From Ilumatobacteraceae bacterium (GTDB lineage Bacteria > Actinomycetota > Acidimicrobiia > Acidimicrobiales > Ilumatobacteraceae), in the NCBI GenBank assembly GCA_963728355.1, contig CAVSJQ010000014.1, forward strand, positions 11,953-75,952: a DNA stretch of 64,000 nt, in the 5' to 3' direction. Positions within the stretch are counted from its first letter, which is position 1. Every line of letters starts with the position of its first letter. The notes below the pieces were generated by a model that was not told where the DNA came from, searched no databases, and worked only from the letters and a program-made list of their open reading frames with translations. This document shows, one piece after another, positions 36,039 through 48,019 of the stretch. The translations under genes and the position numbers were made by a program.

Positions 36039-36951
36039 GCCGTTCCCCCGAGAGGGGGTCGTTCACCTGCACGGTCCCTTCCCCCACGCCGGTCAGGACG
36101 ACGGCGTGCTCGCCGTAGTTGACTTCGATCGACCGCCCCGCCGGCGAGGTCCAGGAGGAGTAGGGACCTTCCGAGAGCGCCACCCAGGCGAGGACCGGGC
36201 GGCCCTGCAGGAGCGCCGCGTAGACGCGTTGCGGCGCGCCGCCGCTGAGTTCGGCCATCTTCAGGTCGTGACGGGCGGCGAGGGCGCGGATCGGCCCCTG
36301 GTAGACGCCGAACCCGCCCGCCGGGCCGCCCCCGTCGGCGCGGCCGACGAAGCCGGTGTTCGGGTCGCCCCAGATCTCTTCCCCGTGCGGCCCCGTCTCG
36401 GGGTCGAGCGGCTTGGCGTGGGCGACCTGCCGCTGCAGGGTCATCTGGTCGACCGGCCGGCCGGCGTAGCCGAGGACCATCGAGAGCGCCGTCGCCTCGC
36501 AGTCGTTTTTCAGGCGCTGGCCGATCAGCGGCACCGTGATCGCCGCCGCCACCGGCTGCTCGGGGACGGTCACGGTGCCGCCCCCGGCCCGCACCGCCCG
36601 GGCCAGCGACCTCGCCGCGGCCGCGGTGTCGACGTCGTAGGTGATCCGCGCCTTGCCGCTGCGTTCCACCCGCTGCGCGGGCAGCGAGGCCAGCGCCCGC
36701 GACTGCTCCCGCGACCCGGTCAGGGCGTGGACGTTGGAGCGCACCAGGGTCGAGCCGCCGAGCCGCACCTCGACGACGGCGGGCGGCGGCGCGCTCGTCT
36801 GTTCTGCTTCCGACCCTCCCCCGCCGCCTCCTCCCCGGCCGAGCAGCAGCCCGATCGCGACCGCGGCCGCGGCGAGGGCGCCGAGCGCCGTGATCCGCCG
36901 GCGGCGGATCGCCGCCCGGCCGGCGCGTCGCCGGCCGGCGGCGGTGCTCAT
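35971..36951 (-). CDS. secreted C39-like cysteine peptidase domain protein
   Basis: ATG 36951 overlaps the upstream stop (ATGA). TM/signal segment ITALGALAAAAVAIGLL. Cys motif NDCEATALSMVL and His motif GEHAVVLTG. Confidence 0.7.
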   Translation of the reverse strand: MSTAAGRRRAGRAAIRRRRITALGALAAAAVAIGLLLGRGGGGGGGSEAEQTSAPPPAVVEVRLGGSTLVRSNVHALTGSREQSRALASLPAQRVERSGKARITYDVDTAAAARSLARAVRAGGGTVTVPEQPVAAAITVPLIGQRLKNDCEATALSMVLGYAGRPVDQMTLQRQVAHAKPLDPETGPHGEEIWGDPNTGFVGRADGGGPAGGFGVYQGPIRALAARHDLKMAELSGGAPQRVYAALLQGRPVLAWVALSEGPYSSWTSPAGRSIEVNYGEHAVVLTGVGEGTVQVNDPLSGERLTWSKSQFEQMWDGLGHRALAA

Positions 36952-37736
36952 CGCGGCTTGATCGCCGAGGCGATGCCCCCCTCGTGGGAGAGCGCCTCGA
37001 CCTCGATCGAGTCGAAGCCCGCTTCCAGCAGGGCGACCCGCCACCACTCCGGGATCGCCGGGTGCTCGCCGCGTCCGGCCGCCATGCGCCAGACGTTGCG
37101 GAGGATCCGCATCCAGCCCGCCGGGCCGCGGCGCGCTATCGAGCGGAGCTTGGAGCCGATCACCTCGCGGTTGCGTCCGTCCGCCGGGCTCCAGCCGAAC
37201 ATCATGTCCGCGAAGACGAGGCGCCCGCCCGGCCGCAGCACGCGGTGGGCCTCGGCGAGCGCCGCCCGCTTGCCGGGGTCCTCGAGGTGGTGGAAGCAGT
37301 AGTTGGAGACGACGAGGTCGACGCTCTCGTCCGGCTGCGGGAGGGCCGCCGCCGAGGCGACCAAGGGATAGACGTTGTCAACCCCTTGGCCCGCCAGCAC
37401 CCAGCGCAGGTGCTCGACCATCGCCGGGGCGTAGTCGATCGCCCAGACGCCGTCGCAGGTGGGCGCCAGCGCCAGGGCGAGCAGCCCGGTGCCGCAGCCG
37501 ACGTCGAGCGCCTGCTCGCCGTCCGCGGGCGCCGCCTTGGCGACGATCCGGTCGCGCAGGTCGCGGAAGCCCGGGGTGCGGGAGAGTTCGTCGGCCTGGC
37601 GCACGTGCTGGTCCCAGTCCTTGCCTGGGATCGGCGCGGCGGCTGGAACGTCGGAGGTGCCGGCCGCCGCGCCGGGAACGACGAACGAACCGCCGGGCCG
37701 GTCGTGGAGGCGCGGCGTTGCGTGCGGCTCATCCAT
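36948..37736 (-). CDS. class I SAM-dependent methyltransferase
   Basis: Motif I LDVGCGTGLLALAL. Post-I and motif II are recognisable. Confidence 0.8.
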   Translation of the reverse strand: MDEPHATPRLHDRPGGSFVVPGAAAGTSDVPAAAPIPGKDWDQHVRQADELSRTPGFRDLRDRIVAKAAPADGEQALDVGCGTGLLALALAPTCDGVWAIDYAPAMVEHLRWVLAGQGVDNVYPLVASAAALPQPDESVDLVVSNYCFHHLEDPGKRAALAEAHRVLRPGGRLVFADMMFGWSPADGRNREVIGSKLRSIARRGPAGWMRILRNVWRMAAGRGEHPAIPEWWRVALLEAGFDSIEVEALSHEGGIASAIKPR

Positions 37737-37847
37737 GCGCCCAGCCTCCGTCCGCCGATTAAGCGCGGCGTGAGATCAGGATGAGATAACGGGAAATGTT
37801 CGATTAGAAAGCCCTCATCCTTCACTGCGGCGGGGTCGGGGCGCGCC

Positions 37848-39440
37848 TCATTCGCCGAGGCTGTAGGCGACCAGCGACGGCACCTGGCCTTCGGCGACCG
37901 CGATCCCGGCCGGGACGATCAGCGAGCCCCCCGAGGCGGTCATCCCCGAGTTCGAGCCGGCCGGCAGGGCGGCCGACCACACTTCGCCGCCGGTTTCCGC
38001 GTCGAGCCCGTAGAGGGTGCCGTCGAAGGTGGCGAAGAACACCATGTCGTTGACCGCGACCGGGGCACCGAAGGCCGGCGCTTCGTAGGACTCATGCCAC
38101 CTGACCTTGCCGGTGGCGATGTCGAGGGCGACCATTTCGCCGCTCATCCCTTCGCCTTCGCCGACCGTTTCGCCGTTTTCGACCGTCAGCGGGTGGTTGA
38201 CGATCGGCACGAACAGCGTCCTCTTCGAGGCCGCCATCGGCGCGATCACCCCGCCCAGCAGCCCCGGGTAGACGAGCGCCTGCCTGGGCAGCTTGGACGT
38301 CTCGCCGCGCATCGCGAGCAGCCCGTCGTCGTCGTGGCCGTTGTGCTTGCCGACCGGCGTGCGCCAGATCAGCTTGCCCGTCTTCGCGTCGACCGCGGCG
38401 ACGATCCCCGACTTGCCGGCCCCGATCGCCACCTCCCGGCCGCCGATCTTGGCGAGGATCGGCGGATCCTGGAAGTCCCAGTCATAGAGGCCGTGCGGGG
38501 TCGCCTGGTAGTACCACTCGAGCTCGCCCGTCTTCGCGTTCAGCTTGACCAGGGAGTTGGTGTAGAGGTTCGGGCCGGGGCGGCTCTCCCCCCACGGCAG
38601 CCCTTCGGCGCCGGGGAAGGGGACCGGGTTGCCGGTCCCGATGTAGAGGCCGCCTTCTTCGTCGAAGGACGGCGCGTACCAGACGCCGCCGCCCGCGTTG
38701 AGCTTGCGGTGCTGCTTGGACCAGAGCGATTTCGGCACCGTGTCCCAGTGCCACTTTTTCTGGCCGGTCTTCGCGTCGAGCGCCCAGAGGACGCCGGCGA
38801 TGCCGCCGTTGTAGGCGCTGGTGACGTCGGTCGGCACGGTCGAGATGTAGACGAGCCCGTCGTGGACGCCGGGCGACATGTCGATCGCTTCCTTGGGCGC
38901 CGTGGTCAGTTCGGTCGACCACACTTCCTTGCCGGTTTCGGCGTCGAGCGCGAACGCCTCGCCGGCGGTCGCCCCGAACACCATCCCCGCGGCGACGGTG
39001 ACGCCGTTCGGCCCCTGGTCGGGCGATTCCAGCTTCGTTTCCCAGAGCGTTTCGCCGCTTTCGAGGTCGACGGCGGTCACGTTCGATTCGAGGTCCTGCA
39101 TGTAGACGACGCCGCCGGAGACGACCGGCGAGGCGGCGTAGGCGCCGTACGTGCTCTGGGCGCTGCTCGGGAGTTCCCAGGCGAGCTGCAGGTTCGCGGC
39201 GGAGGTGCTGTCGATCGGGCCGCCGAGGAAGCGGGAGTTGGCGAGGTCGACGCCGGGGTAGGCCGCTTCCTTGCCGGCCGTCGCTTCGCCCGCTTCACCG
39301 CCGCCCGACCCCGAGGACGAGGAGGTCGAGGAGGAGCCGCCGCCGCAGCCCGCCAGCAGGGCGACGACGAGCACCGTCAGCACCGCCGCGGCGGCGCCGC
39401 GGCGCGCCTTGGTGAGCGCCGGCAGGAGCGGCGCCAGCAC
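37848..39440 (-). other. PQQ-like beta-propeller lipoprotein module, possibly also made from an internal GTG
   Basis: The in-frame GTG at 39440 would give MLAPLLPALTKARRGAAAAVLTVLVVALLAGC, a canonical lipoprotein signal. The Cys codon is at 39347-39345. Confidence 0.45.
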
Positions 39441-40732
39441 CCGGTTGGCGAGCAGCCCGAGACTGCCGAGATTGGCGAAGCCGGGGCCCTGGCTGAGGCC
39501 CGCGAGGCCGGGGATGTGCAGGCGCGGCTGCAGCCCGTCGAGCGCCAGGGAGCGGTCGAAGCGCAGCTCGGTCCCCGCCGGGCGGTCCCAGATCGGGCCG
39601 ACCCGCGCGTCCAGCTCGGCCCGCACCGGCTCGGCGAAGAGGCCGCGCAGCTGGGCGAGCAGGTCGAAGCCGGTGCAGTTGACGACGTAGTCGTGGCGGG
39701 CGACGAGCGGCCCGGCGGCCGTCTCCAGCGCCAGGTCGATCCCCTCCCCCGCGGCCGCCGCGGCGGCGTGGACGGCGCGGCCGACCTCGAAGCCGCAGCG
39801 CTCCTCGCCGGCCAGGCGGGCGATCACCGTCGCGTCGAACACGCCGCGGTCGCAGTGCTTGACGAAGTCCTGCCGGCGCTCCAGGTCGAGGCTCTCCCAG
39901 CCGACGTCGTCGGGGTCGGCGAAGACGCGGTTCTCGAGGAAGCTCTCGCCGCGGCTCAGCGGCAGCATCGGCGTGTAGACGGTGATCCGCGCCTGCGGCC
40001 GCATCGCCCGCAGGAAGACGAGCGCCGAGAGGGCGCTCTCGCCACCGCCGACGATCGCCACGTCGACCTCGCCCTCGGCGGGCAGGCGGGCGAACTCGCC
40101 GCGCCGGCTGTCGCAGTGCAGGAGACGCGGCTCGGCGGCCGGGTCGTGCGGGAAGGCGCGATGGACGCCGGGACCGGTGAGCAGCAGGGCGCGCCCGGCG
40201 AGCCGGCGGGGCGGCGCACCGTCCTCGCCCTCGACGTCGATCGCCCAGCGCTCCGCCGCCGCGTCGAGCGCCACGGCGACCACCCGACCGCGCAGCGTCG
40301 TCACGCCCTCGGTCGCCCGCTCCAGCACCCAGCCGAGGTAGGTCCCGTAGTCGCGGTGCAGGACCGGCGGCGAGCCGGAGTTGACCCACGGCGCGTACTC
40401 GCCGCGTTCGATCGCGTGGCGCTGCCAGCTGAGCGGCAGGAGCGCCGCGTCGAGGCGATCGCCGACCTCGGGGAACTGGCGCGAGCTGCGGTACGGGAAG
40501 CCGATGTCCTTGATCGGCGGCACGGCGAGCGGCTCCTCGCCGGAGGTCATCCCGTTCAGCCCCAGCCAGGAGGCGGCGGGCTCGGTCTTCTCGACGATCG
40601 TCACCGTCAGCTTCGCCAGCCCGAGCCGGTTCAGCGCATCCACCTTGGCGGCGATCGCCGCCGCCTTCGCCCCCGCCCCGACGATCAGGAGATCCGCCGG
40701 CGCGGTCCCCTCCCCCCACACCCCGTCGCCGC

Positions 40733-40736
<4 letters not shown>
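37848..40736 (-). CDS. read-through fusion: FAD-dependent amine N-hydroxylase-like (SidA/IucD/PvdA-type) module + lipoprotein signal/TM + PQQ-like beta-propeller
   Basis: ATG 40736 overlaps the P450 stop (ATGA). Two dinucleotide-binding motifs, LLIVGAGAKAAA and VAIVGGGESALS. There is no stop codon before TKARRGAAAAVLTVLVVALLAGC (lipobox) or the propeller repeats (VVSGGVVYMQD..., AAGMVFGAT..., HDGLVYIST...). 962 aa in one frame. Confidence 0.6.
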
Positions 40737-42015
<1,279 letters not shown>

Positions 42016-42019
<4 letters not shown>

Positions 42020-42525
42020 GCGGACCTCACCCGGCCGGGCACACTTCCGCGCGCCCGGCCTCGACGCTTGTCTCCCTCTGGGTGACAGGGGTCGGGGTCG
42101 GGTGCGGGGTTGGCGGCGAGGCGCTCCATCAGCTCGTCCTCGGCGCGGCAGGTGGCGTCGATCAGCAGGTCGAAGAGGCTCGCGGTGAAGTCGTCCGGGA
42201 GGTCGACCTCGGCGCCGTGCTGCAGGTAGCGGGCGCGGACGACCTCGACCCGCCCCGGCTGCATCATCTGGATCTCGTGCTCGCTCTTGTGGACGGCGAC
42301 TTCGCGGCAGATCTGGAAGCGCTCGCCGAGCAGGTCGACCAGCTGCGCGTCGATCTCGTCGAGCCGGGCGCGGAAGGGCGCCAGGCCCGCGGCGGCCGCC
42401 TGCTCGTCGGGCGTCAGGCCGTTCGCCGCGGCGATCGGGGCGCCCTCGTCGCCGGCGCGGGCTCCCTCGTCGCGGGCCGGGGAACGCCGGTCGCGGGCCG
42501 GAGAGCGCTGATCGCGGGCGCTCAT
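42016..42525 (-). CDS. AroQ-type chorismate mutase-like protein (possibly a 4-amino-4-deoxychorismate mutase)
   Basis: ATG 42525 overlaps the upstream stop (ATGA). CM_2 core FRARLDEIDAQLVDLLGERFQICREVAVHK. Low-complexity N-terminus SARDQRSPARDRRSPARDEGARAGDEG. Confidence 0.75.
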
Positions 42526-43484
42526 ACCGGGTCCTCCCCGAGCAGCCCGGCGGCGAAGGCGTGGCTGCACGGCGCCAGCGCCTCGAGCGAGTAGCCGCCC
42601 TCCTGGATGACGCAGACCGGCAGCCCGGTGGCGGCGAGCAGCCGGCCGATCCCGGCGAAGACCTCGGGGCCGAAGTGCCAGCTGCCGTGCGGGTCGCCCT
42701 CGACCGTGTCGTAGCCGAGCGAGACGACCAAGGCGTCGGAGCCGGCGGCGAGCTCGCCGAGCGAGGCCTCGACCTCGGTCAGGTAGGCGACCGGGTCCGG
42801 CGCGGCGGCGAAGGCATGGGCGCGTTCCTGCGGGGTCCGCGGCAGCGCGGTGCCGGCGGCGACGTTGGTGACCGGCGCCGCGTGCAGCGAGTGGAGCGTC
42901 GCCGCGCCGCCCATCCGCTCGATCAGCTCGGCGGTGCCGTTCGGGTAGTGGAGGTCGAGGTCGAGGACCCCGACCGGCGCCAGGCCGCCCTCGCAGAGGG
43001 CCCGCACCGCCGCGGCGGCGTTGTTCAGGTAGCAGTAGCCGCCGATGAAGCCGCGGCCCGCGTGGTGGCCGGGCGGCCGGCAGACCGCGTAGGCGTACCA
43101 ATCGCCGGCCAGCAGCCGCTGCGCCGCGGAGATCGCGGTGCGGACCGCCTCGCGGGCGGCGGCGACGAGGGCCGCGTTGACCGGGATGTCGGGGTCGAGG
43201 CCGGGCGGGGCGAGCTGCGCCATCACGGTCGGCTCCTCGCCCGCGGCGGCGAGCGCCGCCAGGTGCGCGGGGCCGTGCAGCGCGGCGAGCGCCCGCTCCA
43301 GCTCCTCGTCGCCGGCGCCCGCCGCCACCGAGCGCACCCCGAAGTGGCGGCGCAGCCCGGACCGCAGTGCGGTGAGCCTGGCGTCGGAGTCCTGCCCCTC
43401 GAGCCGCGCCCCGCCTTCGCGGATCCACACCGAGCGGGTGTCGAGGCCGTTGGTGCGCTGCTCCACCATCACCATCTCGCTCAT
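42522..43484 (-). CDS. histone-deacetylase-family amidohydrolase
   Basis: ATG 43484 shares one base with the upstream stop (TGATG). Motifs CRPPGHHAGRG and DLDLHYPNG. Confidence 0.8.
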   Translation of the reverse strand: MSEMVMVEQRTNGLDTRSVWIREGGARLEGQDSDARLTALRSGLRRHFGVRSVAAGAGDEELERALAALHGPAHLAALAAAGEEPTVMAQLAPPGLDPDIPVNAALVAAAREAVRTAISAAQRLLAGDWYAYAVCRPPGHHAGRGFIGGYCYLNNAAAAVRALCEGGLAPVGVLDLDLHYPNGTAELIERMGGAATLHSLHAAPVTNVAAGTALPRTPQERAHAFAAAPDPVAYLTEVEASLGELAAGSDALVVSLGYDTVEGDPHGSWHFGPEVFAGIGRLLAATGLPVCVIQEGGYSLEALAPCSHAFAAGLLGEDPV

Positions 43485-44074
43485 CAAATGGCCCTCCGCA
43501 TCCGCGGCCCGAGCAACTCGAAGCCGTTGGCGAGGTAGAAGCGTTCGGTCGCGCGCAGCGCCGGGAAGCTCTCGCGCGGCAGGCCAACCTCGACCCGCTC
43601 CGCGCCCGCGGCGGCCGCGGCGCCGGCCAGCGCGTCGACCAGGGCCGCGCCGACGCCGCGGCCGCGCGCCTCGCGACGCGTCCACAGCACCTCGATCGTC
43701 AGCTGCCGCCCCGCGACCTGGATCGCCCGCGCCCAGCTGGCGGCGAGCACGCCGACCGGCGCCGGTCCCTCCTGCCCACCGCCGCCTGCCGCAGCGGGTT
43801 CGCAGTCGTCCACGACATGCGTGAATAAGTGCGAACGCACCGGGGGCGGGGCTTCGGCGCGGGCGACCAGGACGATGCCGAGGCGCGGGTCGGCGACGTG
43901 GGCGCGCGCCTCGGCCTCGAGCGCCTCACGGGGCGGCGGGGTGGCGCCCAGCTCGCCGAGCAGCGCGGCGACCGCGTCGGCCACCGCCGGTACGTCCTCG
44001 GTACGTGCCGGTCGGACCTCCCAGCTGAGCCTCCCCGGCGCCGGTGCCGGGCCGTGCGTCGCCGCCTCGGTCAT
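43484..44074 (-). CDS. GNAT-family N-acetyltransferase
   Basis: ATG 44074 overlaps the upstream stop (ATGA). Acetyl-CoA motif RGRGVGAALVDAL and the tail FYLANGFE. Confidence 0.8.
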   Translation of the reverse strand: MTEAATHGPAPAPGRLSWEVRPARTEDVPAVADAVAALLGELGATPPPREALEAEARAHVADPRLGIVLVARAEAPPPVRSHLFTHVVDDCEPAAAGGGGQEGPAPVGVLAASWARAIQVAGRQLTIEVLWTRREARGRGVGAALVDALAGAAAAAGAERVEVGLPRESFPALRATERFYLANGFELLGPRMRRAI

Positions 44075-46290
44075 GCCGCCCCGGCACTCCCCGCGACCGC
44101 CGCGTCGGGCTCGAGCTCCGCGCTCCACGCCGTCTCGTCACCGCGCCCGGTCACCGTGCGGGCGATCGCCGCCATCGGCGCCCGCGCCTTCAGCAGGATC
44201 TCCTCGAACTCCTCCTCGGGGTCGGACTGCATGACGATCGCGCCGCCCGCCCCGATCGTGGTGCGGCCGGGCCGGATGACGATCGTGCGGATCACGATCG
44301 AGAGGTCGACCGCCCCGTCGACGCCGAAGTAGCCGATCGCCCCCGAGTACACGCCGCGCGCCTCGGCCTCGAGCTCGTCGATGATCTCCATCGTGCGCTC
44401 CTTCGGGGCGCCGGTCATCGAACCGCCGGGGAAGCAGTTGCGCACGCACTCGACCGGCGTGCGCCCCGCCTTCAGCCGGCCGGTCACGGTCGAGACGACC
44501 TGGTGGACCGTGGCGTAGGGCTCGACCACCATCAGGTCGGGGACGCCGACCGAGTTGACCTCGCTGACCCGGCCGAGGTCGTTGCGCAGCAGGTCGACGA
44601 TCATCAGGTGCTCGGCGCGGGTCTTTTCGTCGGCGGCGAGCGCGGCGCGGCGGGCGACGTCCTCGGCCGGGTCCTCGGCGCGCGAGACCGTCCCCTTGAT
44701 CGGCCGGGCCTGCACCTCGCGGTCGCGGCCGACCGAGAGGAAGCGCTCCGGCGAGGAGCTGACGATCGCCGTCTCGCCGAAGCGCAGGAAGGCGGCGAAC
44801 GGGGCCGGGTTCGAACGCCGCAGCCGGCGGTAGAGGGCGAGGGGATCGGGGGCCGCGTCGGTCGAGATCTGGTCGGTGAGGCACACCTCATAGGACTCAC
44901 CCGCCGCCAGTTCGGACTGCGAGCGCTCGATGTCGGCGAGGTAGCGGGTGCGGCCGCGCCCGCAGCGGAAGGTGACGTGGCCGCCGGGCTCGCTCGGCGG
45001 GTCGAGCGGGCGCTCGGCCGGCGGGTCGCAGATCGCCGCCGCGGCCAGCCTGGTGGTCTCCTCCAGCCACGCTTCCGCCGCCGCCCGTTCGGCCGCGTCG
45101 GCGGTGCGGGTCAGCGCGAAGACGTGGGTGCGGCGGCGCGCGTGGTCGACGGCGACGACCCGGTTGGCGAGCATCAGCCCCGCGTCGGGCAGGTCGGAGC
45201 GGTGGACGTTCGACGCGCCGCAGTCGGCCTTCAGCTCGTAGCCGAGGTAGCCGACGTATCCCGCGATCAGGCCGCGGTCGACGCCGACCGGCGCCTCCGT
45301 GCGCAGATCGGCCAGCTCGCCGTCGAGCAGCTCGAAGATCGAGCCGTGGCGGACCTCCTGGCCGGCGGGCGTGCGGATCGTCGTCGTCGCCGTGTCGACG
45401 TCGTAGGAGAGATGTCGCTCGCCCGGGCCGGCGCTGGTCCCCATGTAGGAGCACTGGGCGAGCCAGGTCGGCGCGTCGGCGCTGTCGAGCCAGAAGGAGG
45501 TCTCGGCGTCGGCGAAGAGCCGTTCGTAGAGGTGCTCGGTCGGCGCCGCGCCCTCCAGCGTCCGCGCCGGCACCGTCCAGTCCGATTCCGCCCGGCGCGC
45601 CACCCCCGCCGTCGAGCCGGAAGCTCCGGTCCGGCCTGCGCTTTCGGCGCGACGACGAGGGTCCTGGGTACGGCGCGCGGGCTCTGGGATGAAGTGCGTG
45701 GTGCCGCTCGCGGGTCGCTCCGCGAGGGCGAAGAAGTTACGGGCGATGCGGTCGCCGAACTCGGTCGCGATCGACTCGGGGTGGAACTGGACGCCCCACA
45801 TCGGCCGCGACTCGTGCTCGACCCCCATCACGACGTCGTCGTCGGCCCATGCCACGACGCGACCTTCGGGGCCGACCGGGCCGGTGATCGCCAGCGAGTG
45901 GTAGCGGACGACCGAGAAGTCCTGCGGGACGCCCGCGAAGATCCCGGTGCCGCGGTGGCGGACCCGGCTGAGCCGGCCGTGCATCGGCTGCGGCGCGCTC
46001 GCCACCGGGCCCTCGAGCAGGTTGCCGATCCCCTGGTGGCCGAGGCAGATGCCGAGCACCGGCACCTCGCTGTAGCGGAGGATGTCCCGGCAGACGCCGA
46101 AGTCGTGCCAGCGTTCCGGCCGTCCCGGCCCCGGCGAGAGGACGAAGGCGTCGAACTTGGAGCGGCTGAGGACGCGCCAGCTGACCGCGTCGTTGTTGAC
46201 GACCTCCGGCTCCTCCCCCGAGGCCGCCGCCAGCAGGTGGAAGACGTTGTAGGTGTAGGAGTCGTGGTTGTCGACCAGCAGGGTGCGCAT
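44071..46290 (-). CDS. pabAB: fused aminodeoxychorismate synthase (glutamine amidotransferase PabA + chorismate-binding PabB)
   Basis: ATG 46290 within the longer ORF. GATase triad GICLGHQ...HPES. Chorismate-binding motifs SSPERFL, IKGT and PGGSMTGAPK. 739 aa. Confidence 0.85.
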   Translation of the reverse strand: MRTLLVDNHDSYTYNVFHLLAAASGEEPEVVNNDAVSWRVLSRSKFDAFVLSPGPGRPERWHDFGVCRDILRYSEVPVLGICLGHQGIGNLLEGPVASAPQPMHGRLSRVRHRGTGIFAGVPQDFSVVRYHSLAITGPVGPEGRVVAWADDDVVMGVEHESRPMWGVQFHPESIATEFGDRIARNFFALAERPASGTTHFIPEPARRTQDPRRRAESAGRTGASGSTAGVARRAESDWTVPARTLEGAAPTEHLYERLFADAETSFWLDSADAPTWLAQCSYMGTSAGPGERHLSYDVDTATTTIRTPAGQEVRHGSIFELLDGELADLRTEAPVGVDRGLIAGYVGYLGYELKADCGASNVHRSDLPDAGLMLANRVVAVDHARRRTHVFALTRTADAAERAAAEAWLEETTRLAAAAICDPPAERPLDPPSEPGGHVTFRCGRGRTRYLADIERSQSELAAGESYEVCLTDQISTDAAPDPLALYRRLRRSNPAPFAAFLRFGETAIVSSSPERFLSVGRDREVQARPIKGTVSRAEDPAEDVARRAALAADEKTRAEHLMIVDLLRNDLGRVSEVNSVGVPDLMVVEPYATVHQVVSTVTGRLKAGRTPVECVRNCFPGGSMTGAPKERTMEIIDELEAEARGVYSGAIGYFGVDGAVDLSIVIRTIVIRPGRTTIGAGGAIVMQSDPEEEFEEILLKARAPMAAIARTVTGRGDETAWSAELEPDAAVAGSAGAA

Positions 46291-47984
46291 CACGCCCCCT
46301 CCAGGCCGAGGCCGCGGACGCCCCGGTCGAACACCGTCTGGGCGACCGTCTCGACCCGCGGCGAGCGCTCCTCGGCGACATACCAGCGGGCGAAGTGCGA
46401 GAGGTAGCGGGCCAGCGGCACCGGGTCGAGGTCGGCGACCGCGCTGCGCAGGTGGCGGCGGAAGAGCTCGGACTGGACGACCGCGAAGCGATAGTCGGGG
46501 TCCCCGGCGGGCCGCTCGCCCGCCATCGCGGCCGTCCCGCCGCGGCGCGCCTGCGCGGTGACCAGGTCCCAGCCGAGGCTGCGCTCCGGCTCGAGCAGCA
46601 GCTCCGGCTCGAACTCGATCCGCTTCGAGGTCGTCTGCAGCAGGAACCAGGCGAGGGCGACGCGCGCCGCGACCCGGTCGGGCTGGGGATGGGCCGCCCG
46701 CACCGCGGCCGCCTCGGGCGCCGCGGCGAGCTGCCGCTCCAGCCCCTCGATCAGGTCGTCGATCAGCAGCGCCCCCTCGGCCGAGGAGGTGATCGCCCGC
46801 TTCTGGCGCGCGACCATCCCGTGGAAGACGTCGTGGGTCGGCGGCCCGCCGGCGCCGTTGCCGTTGGCGACCGGGTTGGGGTGGCCGTTGGACCTGGCAA
46901 CCGCGAGCGCGTCGAGCAGCTGCCGCCGGCAGGTGACGTGCGCCACCCACTCGGTGCCGCAGACCTGCAGCGAGGTGACGTCGTCGAGCTCCGGCGCCGC
47001 CGACCAGTAGGCCAGCGCCCGCATGTGCTGGGTCGGCAGCCCGTCGGAGCGGACGAGCGGCATCTCTTCGAGCTCCTCGCGGGCGGTCGGGTAGACCACC
47101 ATCCCGTCCCCGCGGCGGCGCAGCGTCCCTTCGCGCAGGCCGAGGTTGGTCAGCTCGGCGACCTCGGGCAGGAAGTCGGACTCGAAGATCACCTTGTCGA
47201 AGGGGACGCCGAGCCGGGCGAGCGTCTTGCGCTGCCCGGAGATCACCCAGGAGCGCGTCTTCGACCACAGTTCGAGCGCCGCCTGGTCGCCGCTCAGCAC
47301 CCGCATCATCAGCTCGTCGGCCTTGTCGTCGTAGAGCGCCGACTCGCGGGCGACCGAGTCCTCGGCGCCGTCGTCGCCGACCGCCCGACCCGCCTTCACG
47401 TACTCGGCGTAGCAGAGGCCGACGAAGTGGTCGCTCTTCTCGCCGGCCGCCGAGCCGAGCTCGTCGTCGGCACGCCCGGAGGCGACGACCCCCGCCATCG
47501 CCTCGCCCATGCTGCGGCCGACGTCGCAGATCAGGCTGCGGCTCTCCACCCGGGCGCCGCCGACCCGCAGCGCGGCGGCGATCGCGTTGCCGAGCGCCAG
47601 GTTGCGCAGGTGCCCGATGTGCAGGGCCTTGGTCGTGTTGGCGCCCCAGAAGTAGACCGCGTAGCGCTCGCCCGCGACGAGGTCGGCGTCAGCCGCGGGG
47701 TCGCCGCCCGCCTCGAGCGCCGCGCCGCGCGTCTCGACCCAGTCGTCGTCGAGACGGACGTCGACGCCCTTGTCGTGCTCGCGGGTCACGGCGACGGCGG
47801 GGTCGGCGGCGATCCGCTCGAGCGCCACGCGGGCGCGCCGGTCCTCCGCCCAGTCACGGACCCGCGGCACCAGCATCAGGTCGCGCCCGGTCTCCGGGCG
47901 GAAGGGCGAGCGCGCCGCCCATGGAGCCGCCTGACCATCCGCCGCGCCGACCCCGTCCATGCTGTCGAAAAGATTCCCTGCCAA
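46290..47984 (-). CDS. argS: arginine-tRNA-ligase-like class I aminoacyl-tRNA synthetase (divergent)
   Basis: HIGH motif GANTTKALHIGHLRN. ArgRS-like ICDVGRSMG. DALR-type C-terminus LARYLSHFARWY. The stop shares one base with the pabAB ATG. The start is TTG 47984 or ATG 47960. Confidence 0.7.
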   Translation of the reverse strand: MAGNLFDSMDGVGAADGQAAPWAARSPFRPETGRDLMLVPRVRDWAEDRRARVALERIAADPAVAVTREHDKGVDVRLDDDWVETRGAALEAGGDPAADADLVAGERYAVYFWGANTTKALHIGHLRNLALGNAIAAALRVGGARVESRSLICDVGRSMGEAMAGVVASGRADDELGSAAGEKSDHFVGLCYAEYVKAGRAVGDDGAEDSVARESALYDDKADELMMRVLSGDQAALELWSKTRSWVISGQRKTLARLGVPFDKVIFESDFLPEVAELTNLGLREGTLRRRGDGMVVYPTAREELEEMPLVRSDGLPTQHMRALAYWSAAPELDDVTSLQVCGTEWVAHVTCRRQLLDALAVARSNGHPNPVANGNGAGGPPTHDVFHGMVARQKRAITSSAEGALLIDDLIEGLERQLAAAPEAAAVRAAHPQPDRVAARVALAWFLLQTTSKRIEFEPELLLEPERSLGWDLVTAQARRGGTAAMAGERPAGDPDYRFAVVQSELFRRHLRSAVADLDPVPLARYLSHFARWYVAEERSPRVETVAQTVFDRGVRGLGLEGA

Positions 47985-48019
47985 AGCCCCGTCCCCCCGG
48001 ACGTTCCCGTGTTGCGGAA

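Noticed and set aside
43484-44128. Longer GNAT start (MERGARARRGG...) and other maximal-ORF starts (integrase 26220, greA 31114, haloalkane dehalogenase-like hydrolase 31093)
   Set aside because: The internal ATGs give stop/start overlaps with the upstream genes or N-termini typical of the family. The extensions are Arg/Gly-rich and overlap neighbouring genes.
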